DNA from: Acidobacteriota bacterium
Lineage (GTDB): Bacteria > Acidobacteriota > UBA6911 > RPQK01 > JAJDTT01
Assembly (NCBI GenBank): GCA_965217775.1
Contig: CBDCJH010000002.1
Coordinates: forward strand, 480,001 to 544,000
Reading direction: 5' to 3'
DNA length: 64,000 nt
Below are positions 9,462 through 19,989 of this stretch, one piece after another; the first letter of the stretch is position 1; every line of letters starts with the position of its first letter. Under the pieces are notes generated by a model that was given only the letters and a program-made list of their open reading frames with translations, made no database searches and was not told where the DNA came from. The translations under genes were made by a program, and so were the position numbers.

Positions 9462-9492
9462 TAAGGGTCGCCCCTCGTCCGAAGATGAAAGA

Positions 9493-9517
9493 GGGCGCCC
9501 GCACGGGGCGCCCCAAC
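9493..9517. repeat. REP-like palindrome (GGGCRCCC...GGGGYGCCCC family)
   Basis: gggcgcccgcacggggcgccccaac; related to 14593-14617 and a half copy at 19945-19956. Confidence 0.55.
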
Positions 9518-9586
9518 AGGTTCCCACCAAGCGTAGGCGCGTCCCGCAATCATTCGACATCCGGCGCATGAGAACAGACGGCAACC

Positions 9587-9616
9587 TTGACAAGGGACGG
9601 GTCCGTTCGGTAGATT
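9587..9616 (+). promoter_or_regulatory. Sigma70-type promoter for rplM-rpsI-rpsB
   Basis: TTGACA-18 nt-TAGATT, about 40 nt upstream of rplM. Confidence 0.6.
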
Positions 9617-9653
9617 TCCAGACTCTTGGACTCTGAGGGCGTAGTGTAACGAA

Positions 9654-10094
9654 ATGAAGAATTCGAGTAAGACGATTCTTCCAAGGCTTGACGAAATCGA
9701 CAGGAAGTGGTTCGTCGTGGACGCCAGCGATCAGGTTCTGGGTCGCTTGGCAACTCGATTGGCCACCGTCCTCATGGGCAAGGACCGACCCCATTACACT
9801 GATTTTCTCGATACTGGCGCATTCGTGATCGTCGTCAATGCCGACAAGGTGCGTCTGACTGGGAAGAAGTGGTCCCAGAAGGTCTATTATTCCCACAGCC
9901 GCTACCCGGGAGGGCTGAAAGAGATAACGGCCGAGAATCTGCTCCGCCGGTATCCGGATCGTCTGGTACGCTTGGCGGTTCGAGGTATGCTGCCGAAGAA
10001 CAAGTTGGGCAAGAGGATGATCCGGAAACTCAAGATCTATGCCGGCGCCGACCATCCGCATCAAGCTCAGAAGCCGGAGCCACTGGCCCTGTAA
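9654..10094 (+). CDS. rplM: 50S ribosomal protein L13
   Basis: WFVVDA..QVLGRLA, HSRYPGGLK, RGMLPKNKLG, HPHQAQKP. Confidence 0.98.
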   Translation: MKNSSKTILPRLDEIDRKWFVVDASDQVLGRLATRLATVLMGKDRPHYTDFLDTGAFVIVVNADKVRLTGKKWSQKVYYSHSRYPGGLKEITAENLLRRYPDRLVRLAVRGMLPKNKLGKRMIRKLKIYAGADHPHQAQKPEPLAL

Positions 10095-10124
10095 TCCATC
10101 CCCGCCGGCGACAGGAGATCTTCC

Positions 10125-10517
10125 TTGAACGAGGTTCAATACTACGGCACGGGCAAGAGGAAGTCCGCCACCGCACGCGTGTTCCTGATGCCCGGGGAAG
10201 GGCAGATCGTCGTCAACCACGTCGATTACCAGGATTACTTCCGAAACCGGACACAGCAGGTTGTGGTTTTGCAACCTCTGATGCAGACGGAGAACAAGGA
10301 CAAGTTCGACGTCTACGTCAACGTCAAGGGCGGGGGATATACGGGACAGGCCGGTGCCGTCCGGCTGGGAATAGCCCGTGCCCTGCTCCAGTTCGATTCC
10401 GATCTCCGTGGCACCCTCAAGAAGGCAGGACTGCTCAGACGCGATCAGCGGGTCAAGGAACGGAAAAAATACGGACAGCCCGGGGCGCGCAAGCGGTTCC
10501 AGTTTTCCAAGAGGTAG
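10125..10517 (+). CDS. rpsI: 30S ribosomal protein S9
   Basis: [28 protein letters not shown]...[10 protein letters not shown]. Confidence 0.98.
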   Translation: MNEVQYYGTGKRKSATARVFLMPGEGQIVVNHVDYQDYFRNRTQQVVVLQPLMQTENKDKFDVYVNVKGGGYTGQAGAVRLGIARALLQFDSDLRGTLKKAGLLRRDQRVKERKKYGQPGARKRFQFSKR

Positions 10518-10531
10518 ACAGGGAGAAATAG

Positions 10532-11449
10532 GTGAGCTCCATTCCCATCAAGCAACTGTTGGACGCCGGTGTCCATTTCGGGCATCAGACAAGGCGCTGG
10601 AATCCCAAGATGAAACCGTTCATCTTCGGCCAGCGAAACGGCATTCACATCGTCGATCTGCGAACCACACTCCGGTATTTCAAGCGCGCCATCGATTTCA
10701 TCGTCGAGCGGAGCATCCGAGGAAGTTCGGTGCTGTTCGTCGGCACCAAGAGACAGGCTCAGGACACCATCGAGCAGGAAGCCGGCAGATGTGAGGCCCA
10801 CTACGTCACCAACCGCTGGCTCGGCGGTCTTCTCACCAATTTCGCGACCGTCCGGAACAGCATCAAGCGCTACAAGGATCTGGAAGAAAAACGGGTCAAC
10901 GGCTTCTACGACCAGCTCTCCAAGAAGGAAGTGGCCCGGCTGGAGCGGGAACGCAAGAAGCTGGACAAGAATCTGCGCGGCATCCGAGACATGGAGCGTC
11001 TCCCCGATATCCTCTTCGTGGTGGACACGAACCGGGAGGTCATCGCCGTCAAGGAAGCCGCCAAGCTGGGTATTCCGGTGATCGCCGTGGTGGACACCAA
11101 CAGTGATCCTGACGACGTCGAATTCGTGATCCCGGGAAACGACGATGCGTTGCGATCGGTGAGGTTGTTCACCTCCACCATCGCGGATGCGATCCTGGCC
11201 GGAAAGGCGATTCGGGAAGCTCGTTTGGCCGAAGCCCGAGAGAAGGCGGCCCGGGAAAAGGCGGCTCGCGAGAAAGCGGCCCGGGAAAAGGCGGCTCGGG
11301 AGAGGGCTCTACGAGAGAAGGCGCTGCAGGAGAAAGCAGCGCAAGAGCAGGCGGCGCAGGAGACTTCGATACCGCCAGATGCCACCGTGGCGACCACCAC
11401 CGCTTCCGCGGTGAAGGCCACGAGTGCCCCCACCTCCGACAACAGCTAG
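10532..11449 (+). CDS. rpsB: 30S ribosomal protein S2 with a repetitive C-terminal extension
   Basis: GVHFGHQTRRWNPKM, RWLGGLLTN, IPGNDDA. Confidence 0.98.
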   Translation: MSSIPIKQLLDAGVHFGHQTRRWNPKMKPFIFGQRNGIHIVDLRTTLRYFKRAIDFIVERSIRGSSVLFVGTKRQAQDTIEQEAGRCEAHYVTNRWLGGLLTNFATVRNSIKRYKDLEEKRVNGFYDQLSKKEVARLERERKKLDKNLRGIRDMERLPDILFVVDTNREVIAVKEAAKLGIPVIAVVDTNSDPDDVEFVIPGNDDALRSVRLFTSTIADAILAGKAIREARLAEAREKAAREKAAREKAAREKAARERALREKALQEKAAQEQAAQETSIPPDATVATTTASAVKATSAPTSDNS

Positions 11450-11609
11450 GAGTCTGCGCGGTAGGAATGATCGTAGCGAGAAAGCGGGGAATCGAGGCCA
11501 GATTTTCTCGATTTTGAGGTGCATAGTCGTTCTATTCGCCGAGAAATCGGGGAAATATGGACCGATTCTACCGCTTTCGCAGTAGATCAATTTCTGCCGC
11601 GCAGGCTCC
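11449..11609. mobile_element. MITE family B copy
   Basis: TIRs ggagtctgcgcgg / ccgcgcaggctcc with CTAG at both junctions; the left TAG is the rpsB stop. Confidence 0.85.
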
Positions 11610-11667
11610 TAGGGCGTCAGACAGGACTCGGCGCGTCAAGCTTCTTCAGCGGGAAGGTCGATCGAAA

Positions 11668-12267
11668 ATGAGTGTAACCGCAGCACAGGTCAAGGCGCTC
11701 CGGGACCGGACCGGCGCCGGAATGATGGAGTGCAAGAGAGCGCTGGTCGAGGCCGGAGGAGACTTGGATCGGGGTGTCGTCATCCTGCGCGAACGGGGTC
11801 TGGCCGCTGCCGCCAAGAGGTCTGGCCGCACCACGAGCGAGGGGACGGTGGGTCAGTACATCCATGCGGGTGGCAAACTGGGTGTTTTGGTGGAAGTGAA
11901 CTGCGAGACCGATTTTGTCGCACGCACCGACGAGTTTCAGGAACTCGTCCGGGATCTGGCCATGCAGGTGGCCGCTTCCAACCCCCTTTGCGTTCGGCGA
12001 GACGAGGTGGGTTCCGAAGAGATCGATCGCGAAAAAGGGATCTACCGCAACCAGGCGCTGGCAACGGGCAAACCTGAACGGATAGTCGAGAGAATCGTCG
12101 AAGGCCGGTTGGAGAAGTATTTCTCCGCCGTGTGCCTCTACGAGCAGCCCTTCGTCAAGGATCCCTCGATCACGGTCGAGCAACTCATCAAATCCAAGAT
12201 TGCCACCTTGAAGGAAAACATTACGGCCCGTCGCTTTTGCCGTTTCAAGGTGGGAGAAGATCTCTAG
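11668..12267 (+). CDS. tsf: Elongation factor Ts (short form)
   Basis: VKALRDRTGAGMMECK, EVNCETDFVA; start at MSVTAAQ. Confidence 0.97.
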   Translation: MSVTAAQVKALRDRTGAGMMECKRALVEAGGDLDRGVVILRERGLAAAAKRSGRTTSEGTVGQYIHAGGKLGVLVEVNCETDFVARTDEFQELVRDLAMQVAASNPLCVRRDEVGSEEIDREKGIYRNQALATGKPERIVERIVEGRLEKYFSAVCLYEQPFVKDPSITVEQLIKSKIATLKENITARRFCRFKVGEDL

Positions 12268-12294
12268 AGTTCCTCACAATCGAAGGAGGCGGTT

Positions 12295-13053
12295 TTGCCC
12301 CAGGAGAGCCAGGCACCGTTGGGAGACCCGGTCAAGCTGGAACGACCCGTCTACCGGCGGCTTCTCGTCAAGCTCAGCGGCGAGATGCTCATGGGCGCCG
12401 GCAACTTCGGCGTCGATCCCGCCATGATGGAGGGCGTCGCCCTCCAGATCAAAGACGTTCACGCATTGGGTATTGAGACTTCCGTCGTTGTCGGCGGTGG
12501 CAACATCATCCGTGGGGTGAACGTCAGCGAGGCCGGATTCGACCGGGCCACGGGCGACTACATGGGCATGTTGGCCACTATCATCAACTCTCTGGCCTTG
12601 CAGAACGCTCTGGAGAAGAATGACGTCGACACTCGAGTTCTGAGCGCCATCCATGTCTCGGAACTTGCAGAGCCGTTTATTCGGCGGCGAGCCATCCGGC
12701 ACTTGGAAAAGAAGCGCGTGGTCATATTCGCCGCCGGTACCGGCAGTCCTTACTTTTCCACCGATACGGCGGCGGCCCTGAGGGCGATGGAAATTCGGGC
12801 CGATGTGATCTTGAAGGGGACCAAGGTCGACGGCGTGTACGATTCGGACCCGGAAGTCAACCCGGATGCCAAACGATTCGATCATTTGACTTACCTCCAA
12901 GTCCTGGAAAAGGGTCTCAAGGTCATGGACGCAACGGCCGTATCGCTGTGCATGGATCACAATCTTCCCATCATCGTGTTCAGTCTTCGGCAGAAGGGGA
13001 ACATCACGAGCGCGGTCCTGGGAAAGAAGGTGGGTTCCATCATCAGCCATTGA
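12295..13053 (+). CDS. pyrH: UMP kinase
   Basis: [36 protein letters not shown]. Confidence 0.97.
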   Translation: MPQESQAPLGDPVKLERPVYRRLLVKLSGEMLMGAGNFGVDPAMMEGVALQIKDVHALGIETSVVVGGGNIIRGVNVSEAGFDRATGDYMGMLATIINSLALQNALEKNDVDTRVLSAIHVSELAEPFIRRRAIRHLEKKRVVIFAAGTGSPYFSTDTAAALRAMEIRADVILKGTKVDGVYDSDPEVNPDAKRFDHLTYLQVLEKGLKVMDATAVSLCMDHNLPIIVFSLRQKGNITSAVLGKKVGSIISH

Positions 13054-13105
13054 ACGATGCCGCCGAACCTGTCGGGGACGCCGCGCGACTCAAGGGGGAG
13101 ACAGC

Positions 13106-13675
13106 ATGAACGGGAACTCTGTCCAGCAGGTGTTGACTGAAACCCGAACCCGAATGCGTAAGACCGTTGAGGATCTGAGCCGGGAATTGGCGTCGGTCCG
13201 CACCGGCAGAGCCTCCCTGCACTTGTTCGATCCGATCAGGGTGGACTACTACGGCACTCCAACGCCCATCAACCAGGTCGCCACTTTGCACGTGGCGGAA
13301 GCGTCGCTGGTGACCATCCAACCTTGGGACCCGACCCAGATCGAGAGTATCATCCGCGCTATTCTGGTCTCCGATCTCGGTCTGAATCCTTCCAGCGACG
13401 GAAGGCTCATCCGGGTGCCCATCCCTCCGCTGACCGAGGAGCGGCGCCGGCAACTGGCCAAACATGTCCGGAAAGTGACCGAAGGGCACCGGACCGCGGT
13501 CAGGAACATCCGCCGGAGCGCCAATGACCGGGTGAAGAAACTCTCCAGAAGCAAGGCCATTTCCGAGGATGACGAGCACCGCGGGTACGATCAGGTCCAG
13601 AAGATCACCGACGACTTCATCGCCCAAGCGGACGATCTGGGGCGGCTGAAGGAGAGCGAGGTCCTCGAAGTCTGA
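13106..13675 (+). CDS. frr: Ribosome recycling factor
   Basis: RTGRA, VDYYG, PPLTEERR, RNIRR, ISEDD. Confidence 0.97.
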   Translation: MNGNSVQQVLTETRTRMRKTVEDLSRELASVRTGRASLHLFDPIRVDYYGTPTPINQVATLHVAEASLVTIQPWDPTQIESIIRAILVSDLGLNPSSDGRLIRVPIPPLTEERRRQLAKHVRKVTEGHRTAVRNIRRSANDRVKKLSRSKAISEDDEHRGYDQVQKITDDFIAQADDLGRLKESEVLEV

Positions 13676-13680
13676 ACCTA

Positions 13681-13762
13681 GGAGCCTGCGCGCCAGAAAT
13701 TGATCTACTGCGAAAGCGGTAGACCACTTTCTCGCTACGATCATTTCTACCGCGCAGACTCC
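13681..13762. mobile_element. Internally deleted MITE family B copy (82 bp)
   Basis: Both TIRs and CTAG flanks are present; about 80 bp of the centre is missing relative to 5525-5685. Confidence 0.82.
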
Positions 13763-13840
13763 TAGTGCCGGCGTCGTCCTGAACCGGTGTGACCCCATGC
13801 CCGGTGCGGCATCGGAGCCGTCGTCGTTATCCCAGTAGAA

Positions 13841-14386
13841 TCACGGCAGCAGGACGGCGGCCGCCACGACGGTCGTCCAGCGTCCGTTCCGGTCACCGAA
13901 CGCGGACTGGGCTATGCTGGTGGTTTCGGCGAACTCGCCGCATCGTTCCCACGACCCCTTCGGGCCTTCCCCGGCAGCATCCTCCTCCGAGGGCAGTCCC
14001 AGGCTGGCGGACAGCATCTGGGCCGCCACGGATTCGGCGTGGCTTCCCGCCGCGGCCGCGGTTTCCCCGAAACCGTGGTGCTCGCTCAAGTATCCATGCC
14101 GGTTCGAGTCCCTCGGCGTCGCCAACCCGATGGATGCGGCAACCAGACGGCCCGGCTCGGGAGTCGCATTCGTGCTGATCACGGCAAAGACCACCTGACC
14201 CGGGACCAGGCCTTCCAAACCCTGCTCCCTGTTGACCAACTTGCACTTGGGAGGAAAGATGCTGGAGACGCGAACCAGATTGAAGGAGGAGATCCCGGCG
14301 TCGTGGAGCGCCATCTCCCAACTGATCAGTTTCTCGCGGTGACGTCCGGTACCACGCGTCAAGAACAGTCTGCCGGGCACCAGCAT
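13841..14386 (-). CDS. Pyruvoyl-dependent arginine decarboxylase
   Basis: ALHDAGI..FNLVRVSSIFPP (Ser-Ser self-cleavage site), GYLSEHH, WTTVVAAAV. Confidence 0.88.
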   Translation of the reverse strand: MLVPGRLFLTRGTGRHREKLISWEMALHDAGISSFNLVRVSSIFPPKCKLVNREQGLEGLVPGQVVFAVISTNATPEPGRLVAASIGLATPRDSNRHGYLSEHHGFGETAAAAGSHAESVAAQMLSASLGLPSEEDAAGEGPKGSWERCGEFAETTSIAQSAFGDRNGRWTTVVAAAVLLP

Positions 14387-14592
14387 GCAGAAAACTCCTG
14401 TTTCCGGGCCGCAGCCGGCGCGTTTCCGGAGGGTGTCCGCCGCGGACTGCGGGAGGTTGTCATCGAGGTGCTATACTTGATTTTCCCCGCCTCGTCCACC
14501 GGGCAAACAGCGGGTGCGGCGCTCGCAGGCCCGGTCGCCCTCCCTGACCCTTGTGGTCGCCCTCGCCGGGCCGATCAGCGATGGGCGACAGC

Positions 14593-14617
14593 GGGCACCC
14601 ACAAGGGGTGCCCCTAC
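14593..14617. repeat. REP-like palindrome
   Basis: gggcacccacaaggggtgcccctac, with a degenerate inverted partner (cttgtggtcgccc) at about 14550-14562. Confidence 0.6.
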
Positions 14618-14760
14618 GTCGCGGTCCTCGTTCAAATCTGCTTTCCCTGTTCTCCTGAAGCTCCGGAAAAATCGGGAAAGTCCAGTCGCTGCCCCGGTTG
14701 AGTTCGCTTTCGGAACTATGGTATCAATGAGTCTCGTTGGAGGGAGCGGTCCAGGAGGAG

Positions 14761-15357
14761 ATGCCTGAAGAGCAACCGCCAGAAGCCGCGGTCCGACAAG
14801 AACCGACAGAGGCCGAGGAAAGCGAAAACCAATGGTCTCTGGCCGGCGTCTTCGATGAGTTTCGCGGTTGGGCTCGAGACATCCTCGTCGCCGCCGTCGT
14901 CGCGGTCCTCATCGTCATATTCGTGGTGCAGCCGGTCAAGGTGGAGGGGACCAGCATGGCCCCTCGCTTGGCTGATCAGGAGCGAATCTTTGTCAGCAAG
15001 CTCTCCTATCGTTTCTCGAATATCGAACGCGGCGATATCGTGGTCTTCTGGTACCCTAGGAACCCGGCCAAGTCTTTCATCAAGCGGGTCATCGGGATTC
15101 CCGGTGATACCGTGGAGATCAAGCGAGGCGTCGTGTTCATCGACGGACGGCGCTTGGAGGAACCCTACTTGCGCTCAGAGTACCTGGACCACGACTATCA
15201 CACGACCAAGGTTCCGGAAGGCCAGTACTTTGTTCTGGGAGACCGGAGAAACTCCAGCAACGACAGTCGAAACTGGGGATGCGTGCCGCGCCGGAACATA
15301 TTCGGGAAGGCCGTGTTCCGATACTGGCCCATCTCCAAGGCGGGCATGATCGAATAG
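14761..15357 (+). CDS. lepB: Signal peptidase I
   Basis: TM segment, VEGTSMAP (catalytic Ser), FIKRVIG (Lys), GDRRNSSNDSR. Start may be at 14737. Confidence 0.95.
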   Translation: MPEEQPPEAAVRQEPTEAEESENQWSLAGVFDEFRGWARDILVAAVVAVLIVIFVVQPVKVEGTSMAPRLADQERIFVSKLSYRFSNIERGDIVVFWYPRNPAKSFIKRVIGIPGDTVEIKRGVVFIDGRRLEEPYLRSEYLDHDYHTTKVPEGQYFVLGDRRNSSNDSRNWGCVPRRNIFGKAVFRYWPISKAGMIE

Positions 15358-15411
15358 CCGGGAGACGGATCCGGCTCAACCAGACCTGCCTGATTCGAGG
15401 ATCCAGCAGAC

Positions 15412-16500
15412 GTGGGCAAACGGGCGATTCTATACCTGGAAGATGGGACCGTGTACGAGGGCGTTGCCTTCGGTGCAGACACGGAATCTTTGGGCGAGGT
15501 GGTTTTCAACACTTCCATGACGGGGTACCAGGAGATTCTGACGGACCCCTCCTACTCCGGGCAGATCGTGGTCATGACCCAGCCCCAGATCGGCAACTAC
15601 GGAACCAACTCTGAAGATGGAGAGTCCTTCAAGCCGCACGTGGAAGGCTTCGTCCTCCGTGAATGCAGTCCCATCTTCAGCAACTGGCGGGGAGAGCAGA
15701 CGCTGGACGCCTATCTGAAGCAGCATGGCATCGGAGGCATCTCCGAGATCGACACCCGGGCCCTGGTTCGCCGCATCCGGGAGAAGGGGGCCATGCGGGG
15801 CGGAATCTCCACCTCCTCTGTCGATTCCATACGACGGAAAGTCCTGGCTCATCCAACGATGGCCGGACTGGATTGCGTGAGGTTCGTCACGACCTCGGAG
15901 TCCTATGCCTGGCCGGTGGAGGATTCCAGGTTCAGAGTCGTGGCCTACGACTTCGGGATCAAGCACAATATCCTTCGATGCCTCGCCTCCCGTGGGTGCG
16001 ACGTCACCGTCGTCCCGGCCACTACGGCTGCCGAGGATGTTCTGGCGATGGACCCGGACGGTGTCTTCCTGTCGAATGGTCCCGGTGACCCGGAGCCCCT
16101 CGACTACATTGTCGCCAACGTCAAGAAGCTGCTGGGAAAGAGACCCGTCTTCGGCATCTGTCTGGGTCACCAGCTTTTGGGATTGGCCTTCGGTGGGCGG
16201 ACCTACAAGTTGAAGTTCGGGCATCGAGGCGGCAACCAGCCGGTCCAGAATCTGTTGACTCGAAAAATCGAGATCACGTCTCATAATCACGGGTTCGCCG
16301 TGGATCCCGATTCCTTGGACGACGGCAGCGTCCAGTTGACCCATCTCAACCTCAACGACCAGACTCTGGAAGGCATGCGGCACCGGTCCCTGCCGGCTTT
16401 TTCCGTGCAATATCATCCCGAGGCTTCTCCGGGACCCCATGATTCCTTGTACCTGTTCGACGATTACCTCGACCTGATGCGAGCCCATCGGCCGGGTTGA
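15412..16500 (+). CDS. carA: Carbamoyl-phosphate synthase small subunit
   Basis: [40 protein letters not shown]. Confidence 0.98.
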   Translation: MGKRAILYLEDGTVYEGVAFGADTESLGEVVFNTSMTGYQEILTDPSYSGQIVVMTQPQIGNYGTNSEDGESFKPHVEGFVLRECSPIFSNWRGEQTLDAYLKQHGIGGISEIDTRALVRRIREKGAMRGGISTSSVDSIRRKVLAHPTMAGLDCVRFVTTSESYAWPVEDSRFRVVAYDFGIKHNILRCLASRGCDVTVVPATTAAEDVLAMDPDGVFLSNGPGDPEPLDYIVANVKKLLGKRPVFGICLGHQLLGLAFGGRTYKLKFGHRGGNQPVQNLLTRKIEITSHNHGFAVDPDSLDDGSVQLTHLNLNDQTLEGMRHRSLPAFSVQYHPEASPGPHDSLYLFDDYLDLMRAHRPG

Positions 16501-16535
16501 GTTCCGCGGACCGAGCCTTCGAGCACAGAGTAGGC

Positions 16536-19500
16536 ATGCCCAGGCGAGACGACATTGAGAAGATCCTGATTATCGGCTCGGGACCCATTGTCATCGGCCA
16601 GGCCTGCGAGTTCGACTATTCCGGGACCCAGGCCTGCAAGGCCCTGATGCAGGATGGGTTCCAGGTCATACTGGTCAATTCCAATCCCGCCACCATCATG
16701 ACGGACCCCGAAGTCGCGGTCCGAACCTATGTGGAGCCGCTGACGGAGGAATACGTCGGCGAAATCATCCGGCGGGAACGACCCGATGCCATATTGCCTA
16801 CCGTGGGCGGGCAGACCGGTCTCAATGTCTCGGTCCAGCTCAGTGAGAGCGGCCTGCTCCGGGAGCTGGGCGTCGACATGATCGGAGCCAAGCTGGACGC
16901 GATTCAGATGGCGGAGGACCGGCGCCTCTTCCGTGCCGCCATGGAGGAAATCGGGCTCCAGGTGCCCAGTTCCGGCTTCGCCACCAGTCTGAAGGAGAGT
17001 CACGAGATTTTGGAGAGGGTCGGTCTTCCCGCCGTGATACGTCCATCCTTCACGCTGGGCGGCACCGGCGGCGGCATCGCCTTCAACACCGAGGAGTTTC
17101 AAGAGATTTCGGACCGGGGAATCCAGCTTTCGCCCATCGGCGAGATCCTGGTCGAGGAATCGGTTCTGGGGTGGAAGGAATTCGAGCTGGAGGTGATGCG
17201 CGATCTGAACGACAACGTCGTCATCATCTGCTCCATCGAGAACTTCGATCCCATGGGCGTGCACACCGGGGATTCCATCACCGTCGCTCCCGCGCAGACC
17301 CTTACGGACCGGGAATACCAGACGATGCGCGATGCGGCCATCGACATCATCCGCAAGATCGGAGTGGAGACGGGTGGCTCGAACATCCAGTTCGCCGTCA
17401 ATCCGGATGACGGGCGAATGGTGGTCATCGAGATGAACCCTCGGGTGAGCCGGAGTTCGGCCCTGGCCTCCAAGGCCACCGGCTTTCCCATTGCCAAGGT
17501 CGCGGCCAAGCTGGCAGTGGGCTACACGCTGGATGAGATTCCCAACGACATCACACTCAAGACGCCGGCCTCATTCGAGCCCACCTTGGACTACGTCGTG
17601 GTCAAGATACCCCGCTGGAATTTCGAGAAGTTTCCCGAATCCGATCCGTTGCTGGGAACCCAGATGAAGTCGGTCGGAGAGGTGATGGCCATTGGGAGGA
17701 CGTTTCGGGAAGCCTTGCTGAAAGGCGTCCGATCTCTGGAGACGGGCAAGACGCTGTTTGCCGAGCAGACCGATCCCCAACGCATCAACGAGCATCTGGT
17801 TCGTCCCAATCCGAGCCGTCTCGCTCATGTCTTTCTGGCCTTCGAGCATGGATACACTCGGGACCGGATCTTCGAACTCACCGGTATAGACCACTGGTTT
17901 CTACAACAGATCGAGCGGTTGCTGGCCGAGATCAAGGAACTCGAGGGGAACCGGCCCGAGGCCCTCGGACCCGCCAAGCTGGCTCGCGCCAAGAGGGACG
18001 GCTTCTCCGACCTCTGGCTTTCTCAGATCCTGAGCCGCAACCGGGCAGCCGGGAGTCCCGCCGTCACCGAGCGGGAGGTTTGGAATTTCAGAAAAGACAA
18101 CGGTATCGTTCCTGTCTTCAAACGCGTGGACACCTGCGCGGCCGAGTTCGAGTCCTACACTCCTTACTTGTATTCCAGTTACGAAATGGAGGACGAAGCG
18201 GATCCGGGCGACGGCAAGAAGATCGTGATCCTGGGGAGTGGACCCAACCGGATCGGCCAGGGGATCGAGTTCGACTATTGCTGCTGCCACGCCTCCTTCG
18301 CTCTCAAGGAGGAGGGGTACGAGACCATCATGGTCAACTGCAACCCAGAGACGGTTTCCACCGACTACGACACCTCGGACCGCCTCTACTTCGAGCCCTT
18401 GACCTTCGAGGACGTGATGGCGGTGGTGCAGCGGGAGCAGCCGGACGGCGTCGTGGTTCAACTGGGCGGTCAGACTCCTCTGAAATTGGCGCTGCCCCTC
18501 TTCGAGGCCGGGGTCCCCATCGTCGGAACCTCTCCCCAGTCCATAGACCTGGCCGAGGATCGGGAGCGTTTCGAGCGGCTCCTGCGGGAAATGAACATTA
18601 CCCGGCCCGAGAACGGAACCGCCATGTCCATCGTGCAGGCGCGCAAGATCGCCCGGCGCATCGGTTATCCGCTCCTGGTTCGACCCTCTTACGTGTTGGG
18701 CGGGAGAGCCATGGCCATCGTCTATGACGAGGCCTCTCTGGACGGGTACGTCAGCTCTGCCGTGGACGTCTCGCCCGAACGCCCTATCCTGATCGACAAG
18801 TTCCTGGAAGATGCCCGGGAGTATGACGTAGACGCGCTGGCCGACGGCGAGAACGTGATCATCGGCGGGATCATGGAACACATCGAGGAGGCGGGCATCC
18901 ACTCGGGGGACAGCACCTCGGTCCTGCCGCCCATCATCATCGAGGAAGAGCACCTGGAGACCATGCGGGACTACACCCGGCGGCTGGGGGAAGCGCTCCA
19001 GGTCGTGGGTCTCATGAATATTCAGTTTGCGGTGGTGGAGGAGCGTGTCTACGTCCTGGAGGTGAATCCCCGGGCCAGCCGCACCATACCTTTCGTGAGC
19101 AAGGCCACGGGAATCCCGCTGGCCAAGGTGGGAGCCCGGCTCATGATCGGAAGAAAGCTCTCCGAGCTGGGGCTGACGCGGGATCTGGACGTCACCAGTT
19201 GCTTTGTGAAGACCCCCGTCTTTCCCTTTGCCAAGTTTCCGGGCGTCGACACGATTCTGGGACCGGAAATGCGGTCGACGGGCGAAGTCATGGGGGGAGA
19301 CGAGTCCTTCGGCTACGCGTACGCCAAGGCTCAGACCGGCGCCGGCAACCACCTGCCCAAGTCAGGAGTCGTTTTCCTGAGCGTCAATGAGCGTGACAAG
19401 CGCTACATCATCACCATCGCCCAGGACTTCCAGCGGCTGGGTTTCCAGGTGGTGGCCACGAGCGGCACCGCCAAGGTCCTGGCGCTGTCGGGAATGGAAG

Positions 19501-19793
19501 TGGAGACGGTCTACAAGGTGAACGAAGGGCGGCCCAACGTGGTGGATCTGATCAAGAGCAAGAAGATCCATCTGGTGGTGAACACGCCCTTGGGCCGGGA
19601 GTCCTTCTTCGACGAGAAGGCCATTCGGCGGGCCTGCATTCAGTACGGAACTCCCTGCATCACCACGCTCTCGGCCGCGGCTGCCGCGGTCAGCGCCGTC
19701 CGGGCTCTGCAGCGGGAAGAGATCCGGATCAAGAGTCTCCAGGAGTATCACGAGCTCCGCAACGATCCGGCGGAGCCCCTGTTCCAATCCTGA
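16536..19793 (+). CDS. carB: Carbamoyl-phosphate synthase large subunit
   Basis: [30 protein letters not shown], duplicated ATP-grasp domains, C-terminal MGS domain. Confidence 0.98.
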   Translation: MPRRDDIEKILIIGSGPIVIGQACEFDYSGTQACKALMQDGFQVILVNSNPATIMTDPEVAVRTYVEPLTEEYVGEIIRRERPDAILPTVGGQTGLNVSVQLSESGLLRELGVDMIGAKLDAIQMAEDRRLFRAAMEEIGLQVPSSGFATSLKESHEILERVGLPAVIRPSFTLGGTGGGIAFNTEEFQEISDRGIQLSPIGEILVEESVLGWKEFELEVMRDLNDNVVIICSIENFDPMGVHTGDSITVAPAQTLTDREYQTMRDAAIDIIRKIGVETGGSNIQFAVNPDDGRMVVIEMNPRVSRSSALASKATGFPIAKVAAKLAVGYTLDEIPNDITLKTPASFEPTLDYVVVKIPRWNFEKFPESDPLLGTQMKSVGEVMAIGRTFREALLKGVRSLETGKTLFAEQTDPQRINEHLVRPNPSRLAHVFLAFEHGYTRDRIFELTGIDHWFLQQIERLLAEIKELEGNRPEALGPAKLARAKRDGFSDLWLSQILSRNRAAGSPAVTEREVWNFRKDNGIVPVFKRVDTCAAEFESYTPYLYSSYEMEDEADPGDGKKIVILGSGPNRIGQGIEFDYCCCHASFALKEEGYETIMVNCNPETVSTDYDTSDRLYFEPLTFEDVMAVVQREQPDGVVVQLGGQTPLKLALPLFEAGVPIVGTSPQSIDLAEDRERFERLLREMNITRPENGTAMSIVQARKIARRIGYPLLVRPSYVLGGRAMAIVYDEASLDGYVSSAVDVSPERPILIDKFLEDAREYDVDALADGENVIIGGIMEHIEEAGIHSGDSTSVLPPIIIEEEHLETMRDYTRRLGEALQVVGLMNIQFAVVEERVYVLEVNPRASRTIPFVSKATGIPLAKVGARLMIGRKLSELGLTRDLDVTSCFVKTPVFPFAKFPGVDTILGPEMRSTGEVMGGDESFGYAYAKAQTGAGNHLPKSGVVFLSVNERDKRYIITIAQDFQRLGFQVVATSGTAKVLALSGMEVETVYKVNEGRPNVVDLIKSKKIHLVVNTPLGRESFFDEKAIRRACIQYGTPCITTLSAAAAAVSAVRALQREEIRIKSLQEYHELRNDPAEPLFQS

Positions 19794-19989
19794 GAGCCTG
19801 CTTTTCACCCTCGTCCCGTCTCGCGGATTCCCCTTTTCGTCCCTAACCCGGCATAGCCGGAACCGGAATTTCTTCGCCGGAGCGGCGGCGTTCCAGTTCC
19901 CGGACCTTCAATTGGCCGCGTCTGGCTCCGGTTTGGTACGAAGAGGGCGCCCCTACACGTCTCCTCCCTTTCTGTTACATTAGCGTTTC

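Noticed and set aside
8716-9464. ORFs across the intron (8716-9150, 8897-9439, 8976-9464) as an intron-encoded protein
   Set aside because: No RT motifs such as YADD. Only a HAKAK remnant is present, and the ORFs run through structural RNA and MITE sequence.
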